Below are positions 1-13,334 of a stretch of DNA of 64,000 nt, in pieces (position 1 is the stretch's first letter; each line of letters opens with the position of its first letter). Under the pieces are notes generated by a model, which saw only the letters and a list, made by a program, of their open reading frames with translations, made no database searches and had not been told where the DNA came from. The stretch is taken from positions 26,598,001 through 26,662,000 of the forward strand of contig NC_042999.1 in the NCBI RefSeq assembly GCF_006345805.1, in the 5' to 3' direction. The DNA is from Octopus sinensis. Taxonomy: Eukaryota. The translations under genes and the position numbers were made by a program.

Positions 1-477
1 CAGCATGGAAATATTCCGTATTATGGGAAGAAACATGACTAATATCGAATAGCCTTACTGATACCGATATGATAGTAGATAAAATGCAGTAAATTCAATT
101 AGATAGACTACATACTTTATACCAGAGTAATTGTGATCAGCTGCTCAAATGAGAAGAAAACAGCATCCTATTCATCACCTCCATAATCATGACCATCATC
201 TTTATCATTAGCAGCAACAAAGGTAACATGATGACCACCAACACAATGAACATCACAGTGAATAAAACCAACACTATTATCAATACCACCACAACAACCA
301 AAAGCATTTTCCTCCTCATCGTCATCTTCAGCAGCAGCAGCAGGAGCAGAAGCAATTGAATACGGAGCAGCTGTAGCAGTAGCAGCATTTTATTCCTGGC
401 CTTTATCTCTGGTATAATGGTAGAATATCGTTGAATGACGAAGTGTCTTGTGGTATTTCTCACGCCCTTCTAATATA

Positions 478-826
478 TGGCTTCAAATCGTTCCAAGGTC
501 AAATTTACTTCTCATCCATTTGCGGCTGATAAAATATAGTACCAGTCAAATGTTGTGGTCGATATAATCGTCTAGCCTCCAACGTTTAAATGGCGGTACT
601 TCTGCAAAGAGTTGCAACAATTAGCCGGCAGTGTGCTTGCAGAATCTTTAGCATTTCGATACGAAGCAAAGCTACATGTCAACCGACTCTTTGCCTTCTC
701 AGTTCGATTTCCGATGAGATCGACATCGCCTTTCATTCTTTCGGATGAAGTAATGATTAAGCACTGGGGTCGATATAATCGATTAGCCCTCTCCCCACAT
801 AGTTCAGGTTTTTGTCTATAGTATTA

Positions 827-859
<33 letters not shown>

Positions 860-860
860 G
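478..860 (+). mobile_element. Two decayed copies of SINE family B (about 478-580 and 625-860), the second with an (ATT)n tail
   Basis: Degenerate matches to the core of the copies at 34277 and 43951, e.g. cgcctttcattctttcgg...gcactggggtcgatataatcga. Confidence 0.55.
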
Positions 861-974
861 GTGTTGGTGTTGTTGTTGATGTTGTTGTTGTTGATGTAGT
901 TTTCCTTGTCAGAGTGCTCAGTTTTGCTTGCTCTTGTAGATTCTGTGAGAGCGGACAGCAACCTGCTGTCAGAG

Positions 975-2421
975 GTCTCACAGTGGCAACTCCGCGTATA
1001 GCTGCTACTCTGCTCCCTGGTGGTAGGACTGCACACTCTACGTTTAAGCTTCACCTTAACTTCGCAAGTTCACCAATGTCTGTTTGCAGTATTTCAAGGA
1101 CGCCGGACAACGGACAATTGCTCGCACAATGCCGCCAAATTGTTTGGGATGAATGCACAATGGCTCACAAAGGTGCCCTTGAGGCATTAGATAGAACTTT
1201 GCGAGACGTAAAGGAAAGCCACGAACCGATCGGGGTGTCACTCTCTTGCTATCTGGGGACTTTAGACAAACCTTGCCAGTGATTCCGAAAGGCACAAGGG
1301 CGAATGATGTAATGGCGTATCTTAAGTCTTCACATCTATGGGGTTATGTTGATAATATAAAGTTAGAATCCAGCACGAGAGCGCGCCTCCATGAGGACCC
1401 ATTGTCAGAAGATTTTGCGAGGGACATTCTGCTTCTTGGCAATGGTGAAGTTCCACAGGACGGAAATGAAGATGTTGACATAAGTAACATAAGTAACATA
1501 AGTAGTATCCATATTCTTCAGGACCAGGGCTCCCCAGACCTAGAAGTCCACAACAGAGATCTTGATCTGCTTTGCCAAAGAGCCATTTTCGCTCCTAAAA
1601 ACGTTGCGGTCGGTGCAATCAACAACAACCTCTTACTGCTTTTGCCTGAGGATGAGACAGTCTATAAGTCTATAGACAGCATTCCCAATCTAGATGAGGT
1701 AGTTGATTATCCCACTGAATTTTTGAGTTCCTTGGAGCCTTCAGGTGTACCTCTACATATTCTTACTCTTAAAGTAGGTAGCTCTGTTATGCTGATAAGG
1801 AATATACATCCACTGACGTTGTACAACGGTACACGCCTTGTTATCACCAAATTAATTCCCAGTGTCATTGTAACAACGATTATGACCGTCTGTAGTAAAT
1901 GTCAAGACGAACTAATACCGCGAATTCCCCACGTGCCTTAGGCTGCTGACTTACAGTTCACATTCCGCAGAGTGCAATTTCCGATTAGACTCAGTTACGC
2001 CACGTCCATTAATAAGTCCCAGGAGCAGTCGCTGTCTGTTGCTGGACTTTACTTCGCCGAACCATGCTTTTCACACGGCCAATTGTACGTTGGCTGTTCC
2101 ATATTGGATTATAGGAACTGTTTGCATGCCATCATTCTCCAGAGGAAAGCTAAAAATGTTGTTTATAAGGAAGTGTTTAGACTTGCCATACTGGCGCCAT
2201 ATTTCAGTCATACGTTGATGCTGTTATAATATTCGTTGCCTTAAATTTTCGCTTGATTGTTGTCGTAATATTACACGTGCAGTTTCCCTAAAGAGTTACT
2301 TAGGTGTTAGTCTTGCCAGAAAGCGTGAAAGGTGCTTAAGTGGGGTGGGTGCTAATCGCTTTATTATTTGCTAAGCCTTTTCGAACTAAGGCATCCGGGC
2401 AACGCCGGGTACGCCTGCTAG
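975..2421 (+). mobile_element. Helitron RepHel remnant: PIF1-like helicase pseudogene with intact 3' end
   Basis: Motifs AATLLPGGRTAHSTFKL, IVWDECTM, SGDFRQTLPVI, LYNGTRL, QFPIRLSYATSINKSQ, FSHGQLYV, split over three ORFs (frameshift near 1250, stop at 1941). 3' hairpin ccgggcaacgccggg, then CTAG (2418-2421) and T. Confidence 0.93.
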
Positions 2422-2559
2422 TTTGCAATATCATCAGTTTGTTTCAGGAATTAGCCGTGTAATTACTACTGTTTTCAACTGCTTGTTCGGTTGCTTTTGC
2501 ATATATCTGGCAATCAATAGTGATCTTTCTTACTGACACAGCAAATATTTTCAAAGCAA

Positions 2560-4810
2560 ATATCACATTGCTAACAGAACTCTGACTCCTTTCTTTCTTG
2601 GTATATAAATCATGTACTGTGGTGCGCATTGTGAATTCTAAACAGGTTTTTGGTTCTATTTTGTTTGTGGAGCCCTATAATTGTCTATTTTATAAAAAGT
2701 GCAGACTGGCTTAATATTGGGATGACTCGTGTATTTATTACTTTTGATAATTTTTCCTCCATTAAATTTTCCTTCAATCACCTTTCTAATTCTTCCCTTG
2801 AAATCTTTGGGAATTTTCTCTCTCATTTCGCCTTCATCTACTCTATTTTCTGTATATCTACAGTCACGTACATTGTTCAGTATTTCGCAGCGATCTAATG
2901 GTATCATTTGGAATTTTTTATATCAGAATTTTGGGCATCCCTCTTAAGTAACATTTCGTAATTATTTACCTTAAATTGCATCCCAGTATCCTTGCTAAAT
3001 GCTCTCATTGTTTAGATGAGAGAACCCAAGACATCTTCATCTTTGCATTTATAGTTTGTCGTTACCCATTATTGTTGGTAGGTTACTTTCACTCGGAATT
3101 TGACAAACTCATAGGTAACCCTGTAATTTCTCGACGTGTTTTTAAGATGGATTATCGCAATAACGAAAATTAACGGAGAAATCGACTCTACTTGGAATAT
3201 TGTTATGTGAATTGCCACGCTTTCGAGTGATTATTTTGTAACTGTAATTTCTATATCCTACGATGCAAATATTTCTTCGTAAAATTTATGCTTCACATTT
3301 CATGTATCCCGAATGATCTCAGGTACTCCAAAATCCAGACCTGTAGTACACTGTTATAAGTCTTCCTCCTAAAAGTACCCTATAGGTACCCCGTTTAATA
3401 TCATTCTGTCAATGTTGATCAGATCAGCAGTTTTGGCAATAAATTATCATTGTTAGAAAGTTATATATATCATCTGCGATGAAGCCAGGGTAATCGTATG
3501 TACGTATTAGATATGTAATTGCTGGTTTCCTCTCCGTTTCTTTGATCTTTTGTGTCAGCATTGTCTTTTGTTTCGTAATTCATGGAGTTCTATTTTCTAT
3601 ACAGTCAATAAGAAACGGTGGAATATAACAACGTGTATCTGAGTTTATTCGATCCAGAAATATTGAGCAACGTCATTTCCATGGACTATCCAGTTCAGTA
3701 TTTTCATAAGTATCACTGTTACTTACTCATCTGTGGAGGCGCAATGGCCCAGTGGTTAGGGCAGCGGACTCGCGGTCGTAGGATCGCGGTTTCGATTCCC
3801 AGACCGGGCGTTGTGAGTGTTTATTGAGCGAAAACACCTAAAGCTCCACGAGGCTCCGGCAGGGGATGGTGGTGATCCCTGCTGTACTCTTTCACCACAA
3901 CTTTCTCTCACTCTTACTTCCTGTTTCTGTTGTACCTGTATTTCAAAGGGCCGGCCTTGTCACTCACTGTGTCACGCTGAATATCCCCGAGAACTACATT
4001 AAGGGTACACGTGTCTGTGGAGTGCTCAGCCACTTACACGTTAATTTCACGAGCAGGCTGTTCCGTTGATTCGGATCAACCGGAACCCTCGTCGTCGTAA
4101 CCGACGGAGTGCTTCCTTAAAAAAAAAAACTTACTCATCTACAATATTTATCTATTCTTGTTCTATTTCTATTTTTATTTTCCCTTTGGTTGTTGAATTT
4201 TAATAACCAGTTGACATCCATCGTATATTTTACTTCTCTTCTCTAAATATCTACCAGATCCGACTTGCTGCAACATCATGTGGTTCATCATTTCCACAAT
4301 TTTCATTTTCATTTTCATTTTCAGCCGTTTATAGAATTTCTTTTCATTGATTCTAAATAATCTTTCTGTTGGTATTGGTTTAGTCTTTATAGGTATTTAA
4401 ATATTTTTATATCTTTTTTATTAATTATCTAAAATCATTTGTGCCTAATATTGTAACTTCATTGAAAGTCCTTCCTGTGTCGTAGCATCAATATATTTTT
4501 AATCATTGCATTTACCATTCCAAGACCTCCATTTATCGGTTGAAATCGATTCTCAAGGCTCTACTTCCATTCTGCAAACTTTTCTCTTGATTTCCTTGAT
4601 TTTCAACCAAAAGATGTTCCTCAGTAACAGTCACTTCGTAATAGATGAGGTCACTTACAAGTTTAAATTTAAACAGAAATTTTTTAACAGCTCGGTGAGT
4701 TTCTTTATAACATTACGTAGATTTTCTTTATCGATTCTTTTTGAAGCAGGTGCTATCTTTCCTTCGTTTGTTTTGTCTCATTTAGATGTTAACTCTGCAG
4801 TTAGAACTCG
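2560..4810 (-). mobile_element. Highly decayed R4/Dong-type non-LTR retrotransposon, interrupted by a SINE
   Basis: Minus-strand peptides MREKIPKDFKGRIRKVIEGKFNGGKIIK (R4-type ..RRVRKILKSKLNGGNII..), QYQQ.RLFRINEKKFY near 4330-4380, and EWK.SLENR near 4550. Many stops. Confidence 0.6.
3733..4128 (+). mobile_element. tRNA-derived SINE family C, full length, poly(A) tail, 12-bp TSD
   Basis: Pol III A box tggcccagtgg and B box gtttcgattcc. TSD acttactcatct at 3721-3732 and 4129-4140. Near-identical copy at 52647. Confidence 0.92.
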
Positions 4811-4985
4811 TTAGTTTTGATCCCACAGAACTGCAATCCCTATCGGAATAATATAATGCAATGACATGATTCCAAAGAAATTATAACATACAAGAAAAAA
4901 TGTACCATCAACAACTTGCATAACTTGTATGTTCTCCTCATGTGCCTCCCTGCATCATAACGCAGCTCACATGTGAAACAGTTAT

Positions 4986-4992
4986 TACCACC

Positions 4993-5024
<32 letters not shown>

Positions 5025-5110
5025 CACTACCACCACCACCACCACCACCACCAACACCACCACCACCGCCGCCACCGCCGCCGCCACCACCACCACCACC
5101 ACCACCACCA
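4986..5110. repeat. Compound (ACC)n/(AAC)n/(GCC)n microsatellite
   Basis: Read directly from the sequence. Confidence 0.95.
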
Positions 5111-5387
5111 AAGTATTAGAAAATAATATTAAACTAACATAGAAACGCAAACTTAAATATTCAAAATGCAATTCTGCATACATTTGTACAACACAAGGTT
5201 GCACCTATTGTTCTAATTAGGCATATTAATGCATACTTTCTAAGATGCAGGTAGCCTCTTTTTGCATCGTATTTGCGTTAAATGGATTATCGCAGAATAT
5301 AACATATGTCAGAATAATTTTAAACGAGTAAATGCAATTGATGCATAAATTCACAATTCCCATATAACAATGTGTATATCGTGACGT

Positions 5388-5700
5388 ATATTTGCCATTT
5401 GAATATGGCTAACCCCTAAGGGGGGATGCTACTGTAGTTTGTAGCCCCAGGAGGACACCTCCTCCAGTTGGCTATAGACACACTTTCTGTGCCCTATCAG
5501 TATTTGCAAAGGGAAGCCATCCTTCCCGTCTTCAACTTATGATACACACGGACTCGAGTTTCTGGATATTGACCCGTCATCGGCGTGTGACAATCACAGT
5601 TGTCGACGAAAAGTTGGTTCCCTTCGCAAATACTTATCCCTTTTCTAGTATCGTAAAGACACTGATATCGAAAAGGTGTAATCAAACAATAATAAATCAT
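5388..5700 (-). mobile_element. Short non-coding HHR-bearing repeat (family H1; PLE terminal repeat or retrozyme-like)
   Basis: Reverse complement aligns with 22209-22454 over about 240 bp and contains a hammerhead motif. Confidence 0.7.
5545..5589 (-). ncRNA. Type I hammerhead ribozyme motif, core variant CCGAUGA
   Basis: Minus strand: cacacg-CCGATGA-c gggt caat atcc a-GAAA-c tcga g-TC-cgtgtg. Stem I is perfect; stem III is the palindrome ACTCGAGT. Confidence 0.7.
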
Positions 5701-5958
5701 AATAAATGATAAATAATTAATAATTTATTAATGTGTATATCAATGTCTTTGATTCTTTTTGTTTTTAATATTTAGGTGTATCCTAAATTTACTTCACACA
5801 GGTAACAGCGGTAACAAGTAAAATACAACCATCAGTTACAGTACAACCAGTTTCATTTTCATCAAAAGTACTTACTTTATAGTAGGTATTCTAATTAATA
5901 TTATCAGTAATATTAATAGTAATATTAATATTATATTATTAATATTATAGTAATATTG

Positions 5959-6362
5959 TAGGCGCAGGAGTGACTGTGTGGTAAGTAACTTGCTTCCCAA
6001 CCACATGGTTCCGGGTTCATTCCCACTGCATTGCACCTTGGGCAAGTGTCTTCTACCTAAGCCTCGGGCCGACCAAAGCCTTGTGAGTGAATTTGGTAGA
6101 AGGAAACTGAAGGAAGCCCGTCGTATATATGTATATATATATATATGTATATTTGTATGTGTGTGTGTCTGTGTTTGTCCTCCCAACATCGCTTGACGAC
6201 CGATGGTGGTGTGTTTACGTCCCCGTAACCAAGCGGTTCGGCAAAAAACACCGATAAAAAAGTTCTAGGCTTACAAAGAATAAGTCCTGGGGTCGATTTG
6301 CTCGAATAAAGGCGGTGCTCCAGCATGGCTGCGGCCAAATGTCTGAAAGAAGTAAAAGAGTA
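5959..6362 (+). mobile_element. tRNA-derived SINE family A with internal (TA)/(TG) microsatellite
   Basis: ggcgcaggagtg head with A/B-box-like motifs and a gtaaaagag tail. Seven copies in the window. Confidence 0.9.
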
Positions 6363-6469
6363 TAACTGTAACATTATTGAGCCGGAACGTGTTCCCAAAT
6401 TTACTTTGTCTTTCCCGATATTCTAATCATTCATCCTTTAGCGTCGTCTTCAGCATGCGCGTCCGCATT

Positions 6470-7039
6470 ATCATGATCATCATCATGATTATCATGATCG
6501 CCTCCTCCTCCTCCTAATCATCATCATCATCATCCTCATCCTCCCTCATCCTCCCCATCCTCCTCATCATCGTCGTCCTCTCCTCATCATCATCAACAAA
6601 ATTCTCCTCCTCCTCCTCCTCATCATCATCCTCATCATCCCCCTCCTCCTCCTCATCATCATCAATTGAAATTTAATCAACAAAGGCAGCGGCAGAAGCT
6701 TTTTGCCATAGCAACAGAAGCAGCTGCCTCCTTCGTAAACATCATCATGGAAGGCGTCGACTTCCTTATCTTATAAATACTAACTTCTGCATTTATCACA
6801 TTCGTCGTCATCAGCTTCTTGCTTGCTATAGTGTACGCCATCGCCTTCTTCATTATCGTTGTTGTTGCCATCATGGTCATCGCTATCACAATTATCGCCA
6901 TCATCAACATCGCCATCATCATCATCATCATCGTCGTCGTTGTTGTCGTCGTCGTCGTCATCATCATCATCATCGTCATCATCGTCATCACCACCACCAC
7001 CACCACCACCACACCACCACCACCACCATCATCATTATC

Positions 7040-7072
<33 letters not shown>

Positions 7073-7330
7073 ATCATCATCATCATCATCATCATCACCG
7101 TAATCATCATCGCCATAATCATCTTTATCATCAACTTTATCATCATGAAAACCATGAGCATATTCAGTATCGAATATCATTATCAATATTATTATTAGCA
7201 GTAGGATTACTAGTAGTGGAAGTAGTAGCAGCAGCAGTAGTAATAGTAGTAGTAGTAGTAGAGGTAGTAATAGTGTTATCGTCATCATCATCATCGTTAT
7301 CACTACTACTATTACTACTACTCGTCACCA
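6470..7330. repeat. Compound trinucleotide microsatellite (CAT/CCT/CAC/GAT/GTA)
   Basis: Read directly; explains ORFs 6677-7303 and 6859-7347. Confidence 0.9.
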
Positions 7331-8089
7331 ATTGTCATCCGACATGATCATCAACTTCACCATCATACCCCGTTACCTTTGCGCCAGTTAACCGTCACCG
7401 CTATCGCTTTTACAAATCGTATATAATTACCAATTCCCAAATATTGTTAATGATTACAGCGATAACAAGGAAGTTAGCTTCGATTTTTTTCTTCCTATTT
7501 TCTCTTCATTCTTCATAGCTTATCTCCAAATTTTCTTTTTAGACAGCTGTAAATGAAACAATTGTGAAAATTATCACGTTCTTCTAATCTATAAGTTGAA
7601 GACAGAACGTTTTCAATTAGTTAAAACAACGATCAAATTAAGGAAACTTACCAATAAGCTGTGAAATAATTGAAAAACTGAACTATTTATAACTGGATTG
7701 TTTCAATTTCAATCAATAATTAGTTGGATTAATAATACACTATATGATATTTACAGGTGAGGATTTTTAAGAGAATAAAGATCATAATAAATAAAATTTT
7801 TAGACGAAAGAATAGATTTATCAATAGATTGTTATTGAAATTTTTAAGTATGTGCAAATATATAACATAGATTTTTTCTGTATGGGTATATATAGATATG
7901 TGTGAGTATGCGCGTCTATGTGTTCGCATGTATACACACAGATACACACATGTATCTATGTATATCTATCTACCTATCTATTTATCTATCTAGCTTTCTA
8001 ATTATACTAAGCCACCTTGAGCATAATCCTATGAACCCGGAAAATTTTAAAACAGACAGTTACTTACTTGCAAATAAATGTGTTAACAT

Positions 8090-8325
8090 GTGACATTATT
8101 GACCGAGGTTACCGTAGTCTTTTGCGTAGGCTTTTCTTTCCACGAATATATCTTATCTGCTTCCCCCTTTACCCCTTACATCATGACATTTCTGTGATAC
8201 ACGATCCCTTTTGATCGCTTTTTCTATCCTTTTTACGATCTCTTTTGATCGAAAACCTACCCCACTTTCTTTTATCCTTTGTAATTTATCCCGACAGTGT
8301 TCAGCCATGTGTGGTTAATAAATCT
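8090..8325 (+). mobile_element. Isolated 3' UTR of a Tx1-like LINE
   Basis: Aligns with 27952-28270 (attgaccgaggttaccgt...ggcttttctttccacg...gtgtggttaataaa). Confidence 0.8.
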
Positions 8326-8353
8326 TTCTAATTATATATATATATATATCTTA

Positions 8354-8384
<31 letters not shown>

Positions 8385-8632
8385 ACATATATGTGTGCGT
8401 GTGTGTGTTTGTGCATACATACATACATACATACATACATACATACATACATACATACATACATACATACACACATACATAAATATATACATACGTGCCG
8501 AAATTGCGAGGATGATCCGGTTCTTGAATGAAGATTGAATGCTTCGAATGTCCCGTCCGTGTTTTTTGTATCGTCTTCTAAATGTTTTGCGTTCTTGTCC
8601 CAGTTTGTATATATATATATATATATATAGTA

Positions 8633-9605
8633 GATATCCATCAGTCACGAAAGGCCACAGATCTGCGCCGAAAAAATCATGTTAGCTGCCAATGGTTGCG
8701 CAGCGTTTTTTGTGTCTCTAATACAGGCCCATACGGGAGTGCCAATCATGTATAAAGCGACTACATTTGAAGGAGCTCTCTACCAGTGCTCTCTGATTTT
8801 CCTTTTGTCGAGTGAACTTCTCTCTGATGGCGAGTACCTGACTTACTTCTGCTCTCTTCACTCCCTTTCGCAGTTTTTGCCTCCAGTATGGGCGGTCATT
8901 TGCAACCTCCTCCCATTTCAAGACATCCAGATCAAGCGACTTCACAGTGTTGTTGTCTTTGCTTTCGGCACTTTTCCTGTAGATGTCGGTGAGGGAACAT
9001 CTTGTCGATGGTGGGGCGTTTTGCTCTGAAACTACACTGAGGTTCGCGGCATATCTTCTCGGCGATTTTCTGTAGCCTTTTTAGGACCATGCAGGCAAAG
9101 TCTTTCCCAACGATGCTTAAGAGCATGATGCCTCGATAATTATCGCAGTGGTTTTTGGCTCCGTTGTCTTTTTTATATATGGTGACAATGTTGCAGTCTC
9201 TCACGTCTTGTGGTATTGAAACCTCCTCCCAGCACCGATACGGTAGCTTCAACAAGTGGCTAAGTAGAACACTCTTTGCACATCTGATGATCTCTAGTGG
9301 GATGCCATCCAAGCCTTCTTCTCTTCTGGTGGGCAAGCAATCAGTGGCTCTGCTCAGTTCTTCATCAGTTGGCAGTGGGTTCAGCTCCTCCATAACAGGT
9401 AGGTGTTCTACGGTGTCTAGGGCACTGTCCGATATTTTTTTTTCTTTAGCGTAGAGTTCGGAATAATGTTCCGCCTATACCTCAGCTGCTCTCTTTTGTC
9501 CTTGAAAATTTCCTCTGTTCTGGATTTGAATGGAGATATCTTGCCCTGGGTTGGGTCGATGGCTTTCTTGATATCCTCATACATTCCACGGATGTTGCCT
9601 GTGTT
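8633..9605 (-). mobile_element. 5'-truncated, internally deleted RTE-clade LINE
   Basis: Peptides GLDGIPLE, IPQDVRDCNIVTIYKK, DNYRGIMLLSIVGK, PQCSFRAKR, LQEKCRKQ joined to the RTE C-terminus MKSLDLDVLKWEEVANDRPYWR...HSRMGLY. Confidence 0.88.
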
Positions 9606-9648
9606 TCATATATTATATATATATTATAATTATGAATATTATTATAAT

Positions 9649-10303
9649 TAGGGTTCAGCAAAAATTTGCTTCACCACATATCGAACTTTTAAGAAGAAAC
9701 TCCCAGATAACATATACTCAAAACAACCCACGTAGACAGAGAGGAAAAACAATGAAATTCTCTCGGTATTTGATTACCTGTGGACGCGTTTCTGAATTAG
9801 ATCGATATGAAGAATGCAAAAATCACATTTCACCAGATCATTTTCCTCTTCAGCACAGCAATTCAAGATTTTAAATTTGAAGAGCTGAAAAAATTGAACA
9901 TACCTATCCAATTCAAGTAGTATCAGACAAACTATATCCAATGAGCCGTACCAACGAATTCAAAAGATACGGATGAGGTATCGTATCTTCCCTCACCCAA
10001 CCACATGCATTGTCGAGTAAAAGATTCTACAGAAAAAAGCTGTAGTTTATTATCAGGGAGAGAATTATATTATCAATAATAATAGAGGGTAAAATTAATT
10101 AAGTAATTAATAATTATTAATTCCACCAGGTAGGATTCGGCATGTTACAAGGACCATTTTCGGTAAACTTAAACAATATTTATAATTATGAGTATAATTA
10201 TGAGTTGTCGGGAGTTTCTTCTTATAGTAGAAAAATAGCTAAGTTCTTCGGCTGCTATTTCTAAAGTTCTGTATGTGGTGAAGCAAACTTTTGCTGAACC
10301 CTA
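9649..10303. mobile_element. Inverted-repeat-bounded non-coding element (family H2) containing a hammerhead motif
   Basis: tagggttcagcaaaaatttgcttcaccacata at 9649 versus tatgtggtgaagcaaacttttgctgaacccta ending at 10303. The inverted repeat extends to about 70 bp with one indel. Confidence 0.8.
9778..9858 (-). ncRNA. Type I hammerhead ribozyme motif with long stem II
   Basis: Minus strand: ctgtg-CTGAAGA-(54 nt imperfect hairpin)-GAAA-c gc g-TC-cacag. Stem I is 5/5; stem III is the palindrome ACGCGT. Confidence 0.75.
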
Positions 10304-10715
10304 GTCATAATTATTCTTTATACGTATGTATAAATAGGAAGGACTTACCGAACCATCTTCAGAATAAGTTGAGCATAAACGGAATGCAAAGAAACTGCAA
10401 TGTTTTAAATTTCAATTTAAATTTTCATTCAAAATTGTTACCCGTCATGTTGACATCCGTGAGTAATATCTGAAAATATAAGATAATATGATATTTATAC
10501 ATTAACTTCGAAAATCTATCTCTAAAATTTCATTGTAAATGTTTATTGCGAATTTTTCGTAGAGTCACAACAATTACAGCGAGTAAATATTGTTATCAAG
10601 TTAAGCAAATATGCACTAATAATTTCGCCATCTAATGAAACCAGTTCGCATTATAGTAAAATGCAGGTTGCTATTTGTATCGTGTATCTGGATGTTTTGC
10701 CTCCTTGTCCCATTT

Positions 10716-10766
<51 letters not shown>

Positions 10767-11075
10767 TTATAGATAAACACTCGAACAAACTTTTGAATTT
10801 GAGAAAAACATATGCAACAGGATTTGTCGTTCTATAATGTTTTTGGCATGTATTTTACATTTCTACCTAAATTTATTCCGCAGTTAAAAATAGTTCTGAA
10901 AGGAAAATATATGAGTTACTTACAGAAAAGTATCACAAAGGTCCAAAAGGAAAATAAATATTGCAAATAATATATATTGCTTTAGGCCGATCGATAAGTG
11001 GAGACATTACAATTTTCTCAGCTATGCTGCGACAAGAAGCAATGTATTTTATATTTAAGTGAGAGATAAGCTTCA

Positions 11076-11112
<37 letters not shown>

Positions 11113-11359
11113 ACAAACAAACATACTCATATATTTTTTTTGTTTCTGTCTATTTTCGTCATTTTATATCAGCACACTTTTAGGGTTTCGCTATCTGCTA
11201 TAATTTATCTTAATTTTCGTTTCTTGCAGTGTTGTAGCTTATGATTATATCATTTATTATAGGATAAGTTCTATATACAGTAAACAGTAAAATTTTGTGC
11301 ATGGAAATAGAACTTATGTGTGTCAGTGAGCGTCTCTGTGTTTATGTATGAATGATTTA

Positions 11360-11417
11360 TGTATATTTACTCCTGCTACGTATGTACTAGCAATGCGCTA
11401 TACAGTGGTATTCATAT

Positions 11418-11489
<72 letters not shown>

Positions 11490-11550
11490 CATGAATACCA
11501 CTGTATACCGCATTACTCCAAAATGTGTACAGTCGTAAATATACATAAAA
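11360..11550. repeat. Imperfect inverted repeat flanking a (CA)n(TA)n tract
   Basis: tatacagtggtattcat versus atgaataccactgtata, with outer tatgtatatttac versus gtaaatatacata. Confidence 0.75.
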
Positions 11551-11926
11551 ACACTCATATATTGGAAATTTATTACTCTATTATCTTAATTAATTTCAAT
11601 CCGACACGTGTTTCTACTGGAAGAGTGTCCCAGTGCCCTTTGATGTGGTACTTGAATGGCTTTAATTGATTCAGTCGCTGTAAATATTTATCCAAATTTG
11701 ACATTCGTATGCAGCTTTGTTCAAGACTTTACCAATGCGGGGGGCGGAGGGTGAAGCAAAAAAGAAGCGAACTCCAGTGAACAGTATTATATAGTCCAAG
11801 TTAAAGTATATTGTAAGTAAGGGAACATAAACCACAGGATATATGATTGAAGACTGTGCCTTGAAATATGACTATAGTTCTAGTATTACTTAAACTTAAA
11901 ACGACAATTTTAATATAGTTATTAAT

Positions 11927-12326
11927 GGAGTAGGGGTGGCTGTGTTGTAAGTAGCTTGCTTACCAACCACATGGTTCCGGGTTCAGTCCCACTGCGTGGC
12001 ACCTTGGTCAAGTGTCTTCTACTATAGCCTCGGGACGATCAAAGCCTTGTGAGTGGATTTGCTAGACGGAAACTGAAAGAAGCCCGTCGTATGTATATAT
12101 ATATGTATGTGTGTTTGTGTGTCTGCGTTTTTCCTCCCAACATCGCTTGACAACCGATGCTGGTGTGTTTACGTCCCCGTAACTTAGCGGTTCGGCCAAA
12201 GAGACCGATAGAATAAGTACTAGGCTTCCAAAGAATAAGTCCTGGGGGTCGATTTGCTCGACTAAAGGTGGTGCTCCAGCATGGCCACAGTCAAATGACT
12301 GAAACAAGTAAAAGTATAAAAGAGTA
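11927..12326 (+). mobile_element. SINE family A
   Basis: Full-length match to the 5959 copy; taatgga at both ends is a possible TSD. Confidence 0.9.
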
Positions 12327-13334
12327 ATGGAACAGATTATATCATAGGTTAGGATCCATTTATACCACTGACCACTCGCATTGAGGATAATATGATACTA
12401 TATAAAATAAATGAACAAACTTAGAAGGAATGAAAAAGTGATGAATTAAATATATTTTCAGGGTATTCGGAACGGTCCATAGCATTAAATTTCTATATCT
12501 TTTTGAAATATTAGAAACTTAATATTAATTGAGATGAATAAAGTTATAAATCTAATTATAAATTATCTTAATTCACACACCCCACCCCACCGTAATTGTG
12601 TAAGTCTTCAAAAATGCAACTAAACTATATTGGCGATTATTTGACAAGTTTAATTTATATGCACTTGTATCTACGTGATTTCTAATTAATAGTCCTTATA
12701 TGGAAATTACTTAAATAGATTTTCTAAATGAATGTGAGCTAATTCTATTTCGCGATTTAATAACGAGAACTTAAAGGTAAATATATGGCATATACTGCTA
12801 CATCAAAGGACACTGCGACATTTATCCAGTAGACTGGAATTTAATGAGAATAATACAGTAATAAATTAATTTTCAAGATGTATACTTCTCTTTTCTTCTC
12901 TATGATGTCTTGATTATAAATTCTGTATGCTGTATGAAGTCCAATGAAGCGAAATCAAGATTTACTTTTTGAATGAAGTACCGTCTGATTGTTTCTTTCT
13001 TAAATAATGCTCTACGTCTCCTCCCATTCGATGCAGCTAGCCAGATCTGGATTATATCAGAGTTAAAAGGTCCCCCGCTTGGATACCAAATTCCTATTCC
13101 TTTAAAGGACAACCTTGCGGCCTACTACCTCAACAAATACTTCCCTACATAATAAATTATTCTTTCTCATAGCTCTGAAATTTTTTTTTAAACCACTACT
13201 TTCCATTTCCTTTATAACCTCTCCACTCTCTAAAGTGGTCTCGTCTACCCTTCATTAACTCCGTACTTAATTCTATCCCACGCCTTTGGATACTAACTTG
13301 CCAACCTCTACCGTCTCCCTATTCACCTCCTTCT

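Noticed and set aside
137-463. Long low-complexity ORFs (also 6677-7347, 16299-17063, 25343-25700, 35410-35778, 57268-57649)
   Set aside because: Translations of microsatellite or pyrimidine-rich tracts; no evidence of coding function.
3736-3810. tRNA-like sequence (also 52650 and the SINE A heads)
   Set aside because: These are SINE heads with body, tail and TSD; there is no complete cloverleaf.
8515-8560. Hammerhead-like atgaaga...ttcgaatgtc
   Set aside because: Both core boxes are mutated and there is no stem I; too degenerate to call.
11598-11614. Minus-strand GAAAC-ACGT-GTC half hammerhead
   Set aside because: No matching CUGANGA box or stem I partner found nearby.
12900-13112. 70-aa minus-strand ORF as a possible exon
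   Set aside because: No recognisable homology and weak splice signals.
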